Positions 24,251 to 37,801 are shown, numbered from the whole stretch's first letter. The stretch: DNA of 60,591 nucleotides, filler included, from Squatina squatina (GCA_031763465.1; 4 parts of 4 records of this genome joined end to end with filler, not necessarily neighbours in it); one strand, 5' to 3'. Program-made: numbers and translations. Notes: generated from the sequence alone by a model not told the origin.

Positions 24251-26495
24251 TAACATGAACTGTAATCATTTGTGCATTGGTGTCGTTATTGTACAGTGCT
24301 GAGGTTCATATTCATTATTAAATTTAAGGAAATCGTTCATCATAAAACCATTGCATTACCAACTGCAGTGACACATGAACCATCATCTTGCTGAATAAGC
24401 CAGCACAGTTAGTGCAACAAATGGCATCTCCACAGCTTTAAGTGTTGGAGGACTTCTGGTTGAACTGCTTTGCAATTACAATATTTGCAAATCACATAAG
24501 GTTAAAAATACAGCGCAAATGCAAAACTGACCACACCAAAGCCTTTTTTAAATAGTAACTCATGCATGTCCAACAGAAAAAGCCAACACCAGTATTTTTG
24601 CATCATTAAATGTTAACCAGATATCATAGCTTCTACTTGAAGTTTCACTAATAAATATTACTCTGCCATACACAATCCCATTCATTTGGTGAAAGGGTTT
24701 GGTGCTTGTTTTTATATTTTGATGCAATTTTCAAAGTTAGCTTTGTGTGCAACAGCTCAAGCACAGAAATTGTATTTTCTCGTATATTTGACCCCTCCAT
24801 TTCTATTCCTCTTCCAGTTATCTCCCCTTTATGGAAGGCAGTACTATTCATGCTGTGGTTCTATAGGGGTCCGCAGCCCTCTTATACCTTGCCTCAGTGT
24901 GTGAGCTTTGATAGTGATTATCTGCAGGCTATTTAACACAAGCACTTTTTACACCAGGATAATGATCAAAAGTCAAAGTGATGAGGGTCAGTTTGCATGA
25001 ATATGGAACTGGCCAGAGAGTGACATGGGAGTGTGAAATATAACTCAGGTCTGCCAGTCCCCCATGTCACTCTATACTGGTATTGGTGTGAGAATGGTAA
25101 CAGTAGTATAATAACAACTACAATTTGTATTTATATAGCGCCCTTAACATAGCAAATCGTCCCCCGGCGCTTCACAGGAGCGATTATCAAATAAAATTAG
25201 ACATCGAGCCGCATTCGGAGATATTAGGTCAGGTGACCAAAANNNNNNNNNNNNNNNNNNNNNNNNNNNNNNNNNNNNNNNNNNNNNNNNNNNNNNNNNN
25301 NNNNNNNNNNNNNNNNNNNNNNNNNNNNNNNNNNNNNNNNNNCCACAGCAAGTGGCAGAAAGAGAAGTGGTAAAGCAGTTAGGAGGCACAAATTGATGGA
25401 CACATAAGGATTTTGCAAAGCTTTAGCTGTTCTTTGATGAGCTGTTTACATTAGCTTCCACCTTTTCCCCAGCACCTAGCAACTCTGGATGTCTCTTATT
25501 TACACATTTGATTCCAGTTGAGTGTGAGTGTGGTGCCAATGACAGGAAACGGGATGTAAAATGTCACAACCACCATTTTAGGGTGGGCACTTCTTTTGTC
25601 TGCCAGAAAAAAAACCATGGAAAATTGGGCAGATATTAAACTGAGCAAAGATATGTAGCAACGAATCTTTGCCCCATTTGCTGTCCCTTACTGCTAACCA
25701 AATGATTTTCAGGCAGTACTGAGAGGAAAATCCATGACACAGTAGTTGACAGACTTTATTTTTACTGAAGAAGAACCAGAATAACCCTGAGTTATTTTTG
25801 TCACATGGTGTACAAGTAATGCAATGGTGCTTGCCTGCATAATTTACTGTGGCTCATTATCAAAATAATCAGTATGCAAAACACTGATTCATGAAGATGG
25901 CCGCTGACTTTCTAACGCCCATTTTGTGTTTCATCCCCTGGGTGCTTGAAATAGAACTGATCCGTTCCCCAGCAATAATCCTTTAACTCGAAGAGCACAA
26001 AATTCATAGACATATACACTGAGGAGAATTGCACTGTCCATCACCTAACTCTTAATGCCCCTCAAGGATGCAAAATTATGGGCTCAGTACTTAACATATT
26101 TTTCCTCAGAATTTAGTGGACCTTAGTTTCATTGGAAAGTTGGCGCTGCTGAGTAAACATGTTAAGTGAAGGAATGTAACACGATGTCCTGTCAACAGAA
26201 ATGACAGCTGCTGACTGGCTACAGCAATCTGCTGCCACATACAGAACAAAGACAAAGTCAAGGTCAAATGTGGATCAAGTGCCAGGGATCTACGTGCTGT
26301 AGAAATAAAGTGGAATTATTTAAAACTCTTACTTTTGTTGGTTGAGTAACTGATATATCAAAATTCAAATATAAACCAATCATTTATTATATACCAGCTG
26401 GTTCTACTATAATTCACTAAGGGGGTAAAATTGGCTGACGCCTCCACAGAGGCGTTAAGCAAAAAGTTTGGACCTTAGCAGCGCCTCCATTCGGA

Positions 26496-26595
26496 NNNNN
26501 NNNNNNNNNNNNNNNNNNNNNNNNNNNNNNNNNNNNNNNTTAATTAATTAANNNNNNNNNNNNNNNNNNNNNNNNNNNNNNNNNNNNNNNNNNNN
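26496..26595. other. Artificial scaffold linker
   Basis: N44-TTAATTAATTAA-N44. Confidence 0.97.
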
Positions 26596-27529
26596 TATTT
26601 CTTGACTACTTTTAATTGATCTAGATTAAGTTATGGGCAATTAAATTAAATATCTACCTGTAACACAGCACTACAAATAGTGTAGGCAAAAAGCAGCAAC
26701 TCCTTCCCCCTCTTTGAATTCCCAAATAAAACACTCTGTTTAAGTGCATTCTATTTAATCCTGCTCTGTGCCCTGCAGACCTGTTTACTTTTATACTATG
26801 GCAGCCTCACCCAAATTACTAGTGATGACTCAGCTTCCCTGCTCACGGTGATTAGCACTTATTTAAGACCAACATTTACAGTTAACTGCCACTGGCAGGC
26901 AGCTTCTGTTAACTACAGTTTTTAAAGTTCTAGGTTTGAATCAAAATGTTAGACTAAATTTCACTATTTACAGCTTCTACTTACCAATACTTACCAGAAA
27001 TTCCCACGTTTCCAATTTAAGAGCACTTTATTTAATCTCACTCTGTGCAGACAACTCCTGAGTCTGGTGCAGAGGAGCCCTGGGAGTTAAGCAATGAATT
27101 CTGATCCATAGATATTGAAAATGTCATAGTAACCTCACAGTCTGAGTCACATTGGATTTCCTGCTGTTGCCAATCAGAATTTAAGCTGTAATGAGTTTAT
27201 AATATCCATGGCTATACAATGAATGACTTTGGAATATCGAGAGTAAGTATTCCAGACATAAACTTTCTCTTCAGTCTTATAATGAGTTTAACAAAATACT
27301 TTTCTGGTCAAAATATTAAGTAATTTTATGCAATTTTTCATTACAATTTCCCAGAAGCTGCTGTGTGATTTGTGAGTTTGTGCTGGTCTGGTGCTGCAGT
27401 AATGCGAATGTCTACATAGTTCCTCAGGGAGCAGCAGCAATCATTTTTTGTGGGGCAATCTGCCTCTGAACTTTACCTGGCACTATTAGAGGAAATCTGT
27501 GTACAAAGCCATCAGACATTCATTGGTAT

Positions 27530-27874
27530 GAACCATAGAACCATAGAGCCATAGAAAAGATACAGCACAGAAGGGGGCCATTCGGTCCATCATGTCCGTG
27601 CCAGCTCGAAGAACAACTAGGTACCCATTCTAATCCCATCTTCCAGCACCCAGCCCGTAACCCTGCACCTTACAGCACTTTAGGTGCAGGTCCAGGTACC
27701 TTTTATAAAAAAAAGTTGAGTGTCTCTGCCTCCACCAGCAATTTGGCAGGGAATTCCAGACACCGACCACCCTCTGGGTAAAAAGGTTTTTCCTCATATC
27801 ACCTCTAATCCTTCTACCAATCAGCTTAAATCTATGTCCTCTGGTTCTTGAACTCTCCACTAGATGAAACAGGT
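27530..27874 (-). mobile_element. CR1 LINE 3' end
   Basis: SRTRGHRFKLIGRRIRGDMRKNLFTQRVVGVWNSLP; 8-bp tail repeats (CCATAGAA)n on +. Confidence 0.9.
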
Positions 27875-27974
27875 NNNNNNNNNNNNNNNNNNNNNNNNNN
27901 NNNNNNNNNNNNNNNNNNNNNNNNNNNNNNNNNNNNNNNNNNNNNNNNNNNNNNNNNNNNNNNNNNNNNNNNNN

Positions 27975-28310
27975 CCATGGAGGGATTTGAAAACAAGGAT
28001 GAAAATTTTAAAATTGAGGCGTTGCTTAACTGGGAACCAAAGTAGATCAGCGAACACAGCGGGTGATGGGTGAGTGGGACTTGATGCGAGTCAGGACACA
28101 GGGCAGCCGAGTTTTGGATGGCCTTAAGTTTATCGAGGGTTTTAAGGAGTGTCCTACAGGAGGGGAGAGGGGTACAGAGGCAGAAAGATTTAGGGAGGGA
28201 ATTCCAAAATTTAGGGCCCAGGCGGCTGAAGGCACGGCCACCAATGGTGGAGTGATTATGATCAGGAATGCTCAAGAGGCCAGAATCAGAGGAGCGCAGA
28301 GATCTCAGAC
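27975..28310 (-). mobile_element. L2 LINE 3' fragment
   Basis: WFPVKQRLNFKIFILVFKSLH; RSLRSSDSGLL..GGRAFSRLGPKFWNSLP. Confidence 0.85.
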
Positions 28311-28522
28311 TCGGCTGGAGATGGGCAGCGATCAGCACTGTGGTGACAAGCAGTAAGTGGAGGAGCAGAGATAAAACAAATATAGGTGTGATTGACAGGA
28401 GAAATTACCCAATCATCTCCACTCTGGCCGGGAAGAATGGTGTCACAATATGCAGTCCATATTTTATACAGGTTGGCGCATTTATTTTTAAACAGTGGAA
28501 AAGAAACGTTATAAGAATGTGT

Positions 28523-28994
28523 CATAGAACCATAGAAAAGATACAGCACAGAAGGGGGCCATTGGGACCATCGTGTCCGTGCCGGCTCGAATAACAACTC
28601 GGTACCCATTCTAATCCCACCTGCCAGCACCCGGTCCGTAGCCCTACAGTTTACAGCACTTTAGGTGCAGGTCCAGGTACCTTTTGAAAGAGTTGAGGGT
28701 TACTGCCTCCACCACTAATTTGGGCAGCGAATTCTAGACACCCACCACCCTCTGGGTAAAAAGGTATTTCCTCATGTCCCCTTTAATCCTTCTACCAATT
28801 AACTTAAATCTATGTCCTCTGGCTCTTGAACTCTCCGCTGGGAGAAACAGGTTCTTCCTGTCTACTCTATCTTGGCCCCTCGTAATTTTGTACACTTCAA
28901 TCAAGTCACTCCTTAGCCTCCTCTGTTCCAGGAAAACGACCCCAGCCTATCCAATCTCTCCTTGTAGCTGCAATTCTCAAGCCCTGGCAACATT
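28523..28994 (-). mobile_element. CR1 LINE 3' end, same subfamily as 27530
   Basis: Near-identical to 27535-27874 in the same orientation. Confidence 0.9.
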
Positions 28995-30514
28995 NNNNNN
29001 NNNNNNNNNNNNNNNNNNNNNNNNNNNNNNNNNNNNNNNNNNNNNNNNNNNNNNNNNNNNNNNNNNNNNNNNNNNNNNNNNNNNNNNNNNNNNNGTACAC
29101 TTCAAAAAGTACTTGACTGGCTTTAAAGTGCTTTGGGAGGTCCTGAGGCAGTGAAAAGTGCTATATAAATGCATGTCTTTCTTTTTCCGAACAGGCCCAC
29201 CTGCTGCTTGCTCTGGTTGTTGAGGCTGTTGTTGCTCCTCTTCCTCCAAAGGTTTGTTTATCCAAATGAGGTGAAGCTAAATTAGCACCCATGAGAAGCA
29301 GTGAGCGTCAGTAAGGAAAAACAAATCAGAAAGAAGCAAACTAGAAACTCAGAACTGCCTTGGAAATACACTGCTCACAGTAGCACACAGATTCTAATGA
29401 TTTCAGGTGAGTGTCCCTTTTCAAATAGCATTCCAAATTGCCTGTTTGCTTCCTGATCCACTCAGTTTACTGGATAGATCCTGCCTGCACCGGTAGTCTT
29501 GTTATTTGCCTTGAAAAATGTAGCAGGGGTCGTATCTGCATGATAGAACCTCTATTTACATATCTTAACGAGACTGCTGTCCTAAACAGGCAGGCACCTA
29601 AGTCAACTAGGTCCTGATCTGAGGGAAAATTTCAATGACCAACCCGCAAACCATCGCTGAGTGGAAATTGGCTCCAATATCTCTTTTAATTTTTCTGATT
29701 TGAAGAACTTGCAGTGGTGAGCAATACTTCCACTGTAGTCCTATTTGAAGGACCAGGCAGACTTGATGGATAGCTATTGTGGGACCTGGGAAACTCCTTG
29801 TGGCCCAGGCTATTACCACCAGTCCGGAACCCCCCACACTGAGATGGAAAGAAAGTACAATGAGGCTCACGCCTGCATCTGAATTTTCCTGGAACATAGG
29901 ATTGGCATCTTGAAGTAGCGCCTCGCTGTCTGAACAGACCGGGTGGGGTTGTACTCTGAGGCCTGATACTTACTTTTACCCTTGCATAATTACCCAAGGG
30001 AAAATGTTTAGTATGAATAAAAATAAACTACTGAAAAGGCAATTCAATTTTTCCATATTACAAAGGAGAAAGGAGAAAAAGGTCACTGATTTGTTTCTGA
30101 ACAGAGCAAAAAAGTCCTGCTGAGTTTTGTAAATGTGGTTGCTTACTTGCTTTACTTTGTGTTTGAAGAAATTAGAATAAAATTGGCAGTGAAAAGATAT
30201 ATTTCTTGTGTTCATTTGCACTATAAATTAAATTAGCCAATTTCTAACAATGGTATTTGTAAATAAAGATAATTTACACACACACACCATAATGGAAAAG
30301 TCATTTTAGTAATTTTATGATATGAGCCACCAATTTAATGGCTGGCACTGATGGGTAGCTTATGGAAAGGATTCACAAATAAATTGGCACCATGTGCTTG
30401 GGTATTGGCAGTCAATGGAACTGATTTTTGTCTCATATGGGTGATGGGAGCAGAGCTGGTTTTTAATGACACTGTAGCACATGCTTCAATGGAAAATAAT
30501 GGGGCTGTTCGCTT

Positions 30515-30800
30515 TGATGGCTCAGTAGGTAAATGAGCTATATAATGTTATCTGATGAGGAGGTTCCTAAGTTAGATCCCATAGTCTGTGTTGACTAACT
30601 GATTCAGGCAGCAGTAGTGGGTACTCCAATTGTTCTTGATGTACCCAGGCTAGTGAGCAGAAAGGAGTCATCTTTTGTACTCTTGCTTGCTGTCTTTTGA
30701 CCCTTGCTGAAAATTTTACATGTGGGCATTGAGTGAGGGCAGCATCAAACTCAGCTGTGATGCCTGCTCTGGTTAAATAACCCATTGATGCTTACTGTCC
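30515..30800 (+). mobile_element. LF-SINE-like element
   Basis: tRNA-like head GATGGCTCAGTAGGT; core GTGAGGGCAGCATCAAACTCAGCTGTGATGCC. Confidence 0.6.
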
Positions 30801-33634
30801 ATTCATCAAGAACTGTCCATGCTAATGGCACTGTACCCCAACAAGAGTCACAGAATTCAGGGGAAGAGGGGGAGAGGTGAAATGGACTGCAACAGGGTCG
30901 CAAAGCAGTATCTGTGTCAGGCAGTACATCTTTCAAATACTCTTACATTGTTTCTAGTGGAAGAAAAAATCAGCATTGTAAACCACTCTGTGATGTTTTA
31001 CATCAAGATTAATATAATGAATATATTAACTAATGCCAAACAAGTGAATCCAGTGGCCATATTGTAATACCAGTGGTTGAGCTCATTATCAACATAAGAA
31101 TGTAGGGACAGGAGTAGGCCATTCAGGCTCTCTTATCACAGCTCTATAACTGAAGCATCACTTCTTCACTTTTGTAATGCAGCCCCCTTGAGATAAAGGC
31201 CATCATTGCATTGGCCTCTTTGATTGCTTTTTGTACCTGTGCAGTAGCTTTTAGTGATGTGTATATGGACACCTAAATCCCTTTGTTCCTTTACAGTTCC
31301 TAGTCTCTCTAATAAGAAAATATTCCAATTTATCTTTCTTGCGTCCAAAGTGGATCATCACAGATTTGCACTTTTCATGGAAAAATGGATGAAATCATGG
31401 AATACAATCCCCAAATCAATTCGCAAAGCTCTTGGAAACTCTTGTAATCCCATATAATAAAAATGGAATTGGACTTTTGTAGCTTATGAATTTCCACATC
31501 TGACAGAGATCAGAAATTGGGGACTTCCACGTGCTTTCAGCATGATTTTCCAGGTTAGAAAAACACGGCGGACACATGCTCACAATGCCAATACGTGCTC
31601 CCGGTACGCAAGCTTCCCCACCAGCAGCACAAATACAAAGTAAAAATACAAAAATAGAATATCGTTGTTGGTAGTTGACACAAATCTCTTGTTCTTGAAA
31701 TTGTACCATTGCACTTGGTGTGAGTGCAGTACTGTGCCACCAGCTAAACAGCTGCTAATGTTATTTTTCCTGGCACTGAAGTTACTTTGCTGTGCTCGTG
31801 ATGCTGATAAAATGTATGGGGAAATGTTTGTTATGAAAGCCAGTAGAGCAGCTTCAATCCCTTTCTGTAACCTCTAATGAGTAAAATCCTCTGGTAATGC
31901 ATAACTCATTTCATTCGGAAGAAAATCCTTGAAATGCTGAATTTAATTTTCTGCAGTGTACCAGCTCAGCCCCCCTGCTGGGAATTCTTTAATTGGAGTG
32001 ATAATCCAGCTGAATGAACCAGTAGATGGAGTTGTGATACAAGGGGAATGCAATGCAAATGCTGTCGGGTCTGAGTGCAAGGTTTTGATAAACATGCCTC
32101 TCAGTGGAATCTGGCCTTTTAATGAGTTTAACAAACTGCAGTTCTTTGTCCGATCCAGACCAAAGCATGATGGCATCACACCTCTGGGTTAGAGCAGTAG
32201 GTTACAAATAATACATTTTCTACTGTGGTTAGAATGAGTTATTTATGATTTACAGTTTGTCACAATGGACAGAACTCTGCTATTGAACTTCCTGATGGTG
32301 TATTGGTGTGCCAGGAATTTTACACTGTCCTGATGCCATGAAGTGATCCAAGATAACTATTCTGCNNNNNNNNNNNNNNNNNNNNNNNNNNNNNNNNNNN
32401 NNNNNNNNNNNNNNNNNNNNNNNNNNNNNNNNNNNNNNNNNNNNNNNNNNNNNNNNNNNNNNNNNTTGAATGACTCGGAGGCCAGAAGATTGGCTGAGAT
32501 CAAGAGAATCGCTGAGGATTGCTGTGAGAATAGAAGTGTTGCCATGCCAATTACACATCCAGTTCCGCAGAAAGAGCTAATGGCTCTATGACTGTTAATA
32601 GAAACTACTTTTTGAGTGAACAAATATAACATCAAAATGCTACCATTTGAAACAGGACAGATCTCAGTTTAATCACTGTACATTCTTATCAGAGCAAGAA
32701 AAATAGTTGATTTTTAATTTTCATTAGTATTACAAATTACAAATTTTTTTTTTTAAATCACAAAAAGACATTATCCCCATTATGGACAGAAATCTTCATT
32801 TAAAAAAAATATTCTTAAAAAGCCATCTGTGTGAAAATAGTTTTGATGAAGCACTAACTGTCAAGTTAAGTTTTAAAATGACTGATATGCCTGTGAGACA
32901 AGTTTCTTCTCTCTGTCCAGCTGGATTTGCTGATATTCCTGGTGTTGCAAGGGAAGCTTTAAGCAATGATCTAAATGTGCAATTACTGAGGCTCAGTTAG
33001 AATAATAAAGAATTATTTTCAGCTTCCTGTACCATTATGTTTAATGCATAATACTGTAGTGAATACTGATCATGAGATCTATTCCTGTGGTCTCTGTTCT
33101 ATAAGTGAAAACAATGTGTAGAAATAAATGTAGCTTTCCAGCAAATTGTCAGTGGAATTTTCAGTTTTGTTGCCAGTTTTGAAGTTTTAACAGCAGGGTT
33201 TATGACTTTGTGTTGTGGCATCAGGATAATCTATCTCAGGCAGTCTACTGGTATACTAATGAGAAGGAGATTACAGCATTCATTGCTGTAGTCATTATAT
33301 TGTACTGAAAGATAATGCAAGATTTGAAACATTGTTCAGTCTTCTTTGTTAATCAAGTACAATTGTACAATTAAAGTGCTTTCACAATAGTACAATGATG
33401 AAGAATTAGCATTAGTCAGTATTTAAGAACTCATGAAGCAAATGGATGGATTGAGGATGAATGGAAGAAAGGAAGTGGAGGAGGTGAACTCTTAATTCTC
33501 AATACCTGAATTTTACTACATTGATGTAAAGGAATTTATGAGATCCTATCTCCATCATATGAACTAATAAAACATAATTTTCAGTAGCCTATGTCCAAAG
33601 AATTAAATGCTATGCGGTTAAGTATAAATATGAA

Positions 33635-33825
33635 GGCCCAGATTCTGCATTGAGAACAATGGTGAAGCTATCGGCATTCACCATTATTTTGGAGTAACTC
33701 TGACAGCAACCTCCTGATTTCCACGTTTAACCAAGCATGTGCAGATGCTGGAAGTTGCTGTTTGATTTACTCCTAATAACGGTGAGTGTTGATTGCTTCA
33801 CCGTTACTTCTGCAAAACCTGGGGC
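33635..33825. mobile_element. Fully palindromic ~190-bp MITE
   Basis: GCCCAGATTCTGCA..ATGGTGAAGCTATC..TCACCATTATT..GGAGTAA..ACAGCAAC pairs with GTTGCTGT..TTACTCC.AATAACGGTGA..GATTGCTTCACCGT..TGCAAAACCTGGGGC. Confidence 0.8.
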
Positions 33826-35639
33826 AACAACTTAGATTTCTATAATGTTCATGTTTACCAAGAAACATTACTTTACAGGATGGTGATATGAGTAGACATC
33901 ATACAGGAAACAGAAAAAGTAATGGAATCAGGAGTGAACAAAAACATGGTCAAAGACAAGGGTCCAACAGAAGTTCTTGAAGATGGGAGTAAGAGATAAC
34001 TAGGCAGAGATGTTGAGGGAGACAATCCAAGAGGATGAGGGCAAAGTGCTAGAGCGTGGANNNNNNNNNNNNNNNNNNNNNNNNNNNNNNNNNNNNNNNN
34101 NNNNNNNNNNNNNNNNNNNNNNNNNNNNNNNNNNNNNNNNNNNNNNNNNNNNNNNNNNNNCATCTTCCCAGACATTTTTTTTTCTTTTCCCCTTTGCCTT
34201 CGAGCTTTCAAACATCAATTTCCATGCGGCCACCTTTCCTTCATTAAATTTGCTATTATCTTTTTCATAAATCTGTGGTACATTATCAAATGCTCTTTGA
34301 AAATCACCCACCTAATGGTTAAGCATCTGCCATTTCTTCAAAGAATTTTTGAAGGTTGGTCAAGCATGACACAGCCTTTTGAAATGTATCGATCAATTCA
34401 TCTTAGGTAGGTAGATTCAAAATAAAGAAAGCCTAGAATAATAATAGATATTAATTTTATCTTAATTGTTACAAAACATGAATTCAGACCACATAATAAT
34501 GTAGATTATGCTATCCCTTTTCGTTGGTTTTTAATTAGGTCAGCTATGAGGCACATTTTGTCCCATACAGTAACTATGACAATAAGGAGCTCAAAGGGAA
34601 ACATTTTCTCTTCTCTCCCAGAATCCCCTTCTCCTCCAGCCCATTGGTCAAATCACCAATAGTTGATGTTTTAGGTATTGGCAGGAATTAGGTAAAATCA
34701 TTGTTTTTGTAACTGCAACAGTAGATAAATGACACCGTAGAATACAGCCAGGCTAAACTAGTGAATCACCGAATGGCGATGTTCAGTAACTGCACGATTA
34801 ATCATATATTAGGGGATTGACTTGGTGATGTGTGATAACTCTCGACAAATTCTCCTATTTTCTGCACTAGTCACGTGTGGCGGAATTTACTGTTCAACTA
34901 CTACAATTTTGCACAAAAAGTCTTGAATACTGCATATTGGTCAGATTTAACTGATAATCATTTTCTGCAATGACTTTCTGCAAAAAATTACTTACTATAA
35001 TTATCATTAACTATCAGCAATCATTCTGAGATCTTCACGTGTGTTGTGTTTAAAAAAAGGTGGGAATAAATTATTAAAGATCATTAAACTCTGCAAGAGG
35101 TTTATTATGTCTGATGATTTAGTCTTGACATGTAAATGTTTTTAATTATTTAAAGAACGCAAAGCATAAAGATAATATTCCTATGACTACATTTTTTTCA
35201 TGTTCAAGTTAATAAAAAATTGTATATACCTATCTTCAATCAACAGAATTATACTGGCAATTAAAACATCAAAATTCCTGCACAGAAAAGTCTGCAAACC
35301 ATATAATGCACAATGAATCTTTCCTTTCTGCAGAGAATTTGCATAGAAGTTAGACCTCTAAACGAGAAAGCTGCGACTTAGGGTTTACTGAAATATTNNN
35401 NNNNNNNAAAAACAGTCTTGCCAATGCACTCAAGAGATACAACATGCAAATCTTCAGATAGACTTTAAAATGATACCTGCACTACCCAACAGATGGTTCA
35501 TTTCTGATGACTGCTTGACTGACAAGTATTTAATTACAGCAAAGCATGTCCAGTAACTGAATTTCATAAAAACTACTTGACAGTGCAGATGCAGCCCAGA
35601 GTTGTCAAGCTTCAAAAATAAATATTTGCATATATATAG

Positions 35640-36010
35640 AGCCATACCATATCTCTCATAAAGTTCTCAAAGCACTTCACATATACTGAATTACTCCAAA
35701 GTGCAGTGATTGTCGTTATGTAGATAAAAGTGACAGCTATTTTGTGCACTTCAAGATTTCTACAAACAGTAATGAGATTTGTTTTTAGTGGTGTTGAGGG
35801 AGGAATGTTGCTCAGAACACTAGAAAAAACACTATGCTGTATTTTAATAGTACCACAAAATCTTTAATATCCACCTGAACTAGGCACATTGGTCTCAGTT
35901 TAGCATCTCATCTGAAGGATGGCACCTCCAACAATGCAGCACTGTCAATACTTTGCTGGAGTGCCAGGAGAGATTATGTGCTCAATAATGGAGCTGGAAT
36001 CTTACGAGCC
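35640..36010 (-). mobile_element. Degenerate Deu-SINE (SacSINE1-like)
   Basis: Colinear similarity to 46208-46495 (ATCTTT.A.ATCCACCTGA, CTCAGTTTA.CATCTCATC.GAAG). Confidence 0.7.
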
Positions 36011-37184
36011 CTGCGAGTGCGGGATTGGAGGTGGACTTACTGTCAAAATGGCCGTGATTGACGGCGGGGCGGGATCCCGCTCTGAATCTGCCTCCTGGTA
36101 AGTTTTCAAAGTATCGTGTCTGGCTGAAGTTCACAGAAGCGACACCAAGCTGCAGGCCAGACAAATTACATGATTAAAAGNNNNNNNNNNNNNNNNNNNN
36201 NNNNNNNNNNNNNNNNNNNNNNNNNNNNNNNNNNNNNNNNNNNNNNNNNNNNNNNNNNNNNNNNNNNNNNNNNNNNNNNNCCAATTATGGCTCAATGCTA
36301 TGTGGTGAAATAAGCAAGATATTTTAGCCCTCACAATAGTCCTGTTGTCATACTTGGTTCTCATGCTATTCTAAACTACTCAGCATTGTGTTTTCAAATC
36401 ACCTTTCCTTTTTTTGGGTAGAGGGCCAGAATATGATATTAATTTATTTTTGTTTGACATCACTTAAAATTACCATTTTCAGGGAATTAAAGGCATACGA
36501 CTTTCTAATTTCTTTAACCATCATGTTGAAAATGCTTTTGTATTCTTTTGCTCTGATAAATCGTGTTGGCCAACATAGAATTGACAAAAAGTGAAGCAAG
36601 TCTTTTGAAGGATAAAATATCATTTGATTTGGGACTGAAGCCAAGAAGATAATTCAATATCCGATCCAGTTTAATTTTTTTTTTACATGATGAGAACCCG
36701 ATAAGCTGAAAAGTATTTCCTGGGTCAGTACATTCAGTGGGGTTTGTGTTTACACTGCACAATCCATTCTTTGAACTCATCAGAGACACAGAAACCAAAT
36801 CTTGACATGGTCAGCACTATAATTGTAAAATAAATTGCATGTGTCAAATTTCTGCTCTGAGCATGAATTCATCATGCCCCATCTCAGCATATGCTAAATG
36901 AATATAGTGTAAAACTGTCATATTATCCATTTCCATGTGGCGAAGACTATTAAATGCATTTGCCTGCAGTTATCCAAAGAATTGTTAAGGGTTTAAGACC
37001 TCTTTTTCCAGGCTAGTCGTTGAATGAAATCTTCAAAGTTCAGGATCCCCTTTTCACAGCTTATGTGATTATCCTTTTAATCGCNNNNNNNNNNNNNNNN
37101 NNNNNNNNNNNNNNNNNNNNNNNNNNNNNNNNNNNNNNNNNNNNNNNNNNNNNNNNNNNNNNNNNNNNNNNNNNNNNNNNNNNN

Positions 37185-37801
37185 CTTGGTGAACAACGGG
37201 ACAACAGTGTATCTCCTTAACCAATTAGACTAAAGGATTGAGAAATAAACAGAAGGACTGAGAAAGAGGCTGAATTAGAGTGGGTTAATTCAATGTCAAA
37301 TCAGGTAGCGAAAGAGAAGGAAAGAAAGATTGGATTAAGAGAGAGAAAAGAGATAGAAAGGAAAGAATTTTTAAAAAAAACTGACTTTTTAAAAATCTAC
37401 AACAATAATTCACAACCTGAAGGAATAAGATTCCACACACTTTTAATTGTTCACTTTCTGGGCAAAAGGCATTGATTGGCAGTCATAAACAATTATTACA
37501 AAAGCGAAATACTGCGGATGCTGGAATCTAGCAATAAACAATTATTATGTTGTTAAAGAAACACTTACACTGTTAATTACAAGACAACATTCTGTGGCGA
37601 GTTTAATGAGTGATTAATGTGCAAATGCAGCAACTTCATGACAATCACGGGGAGGTTAAGATCGAGATGCTGTTTTCGCGAAGCTAACGGCAGAGCACGC
37701 AAGTCGGCCAGTAACTTGTGGCAATTCATAATTCACAGGCTATCGCTTTTGCTGGCCAGTGTGTCATTTACACGCCTTTAATTTTCATCAAATTCTGGGC
37801 C
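37185..37801. mobile_element. Non-autonomous TIR DNA element, family of 11449-12119
   Basis: Shares GAGAAGGAAAGAAAG.TGG.ATTAAGAGA and CAATAATT...CTGAAGG..TCCACA tracts; ends AATTCTGGGCC. Confidence 0.65.
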
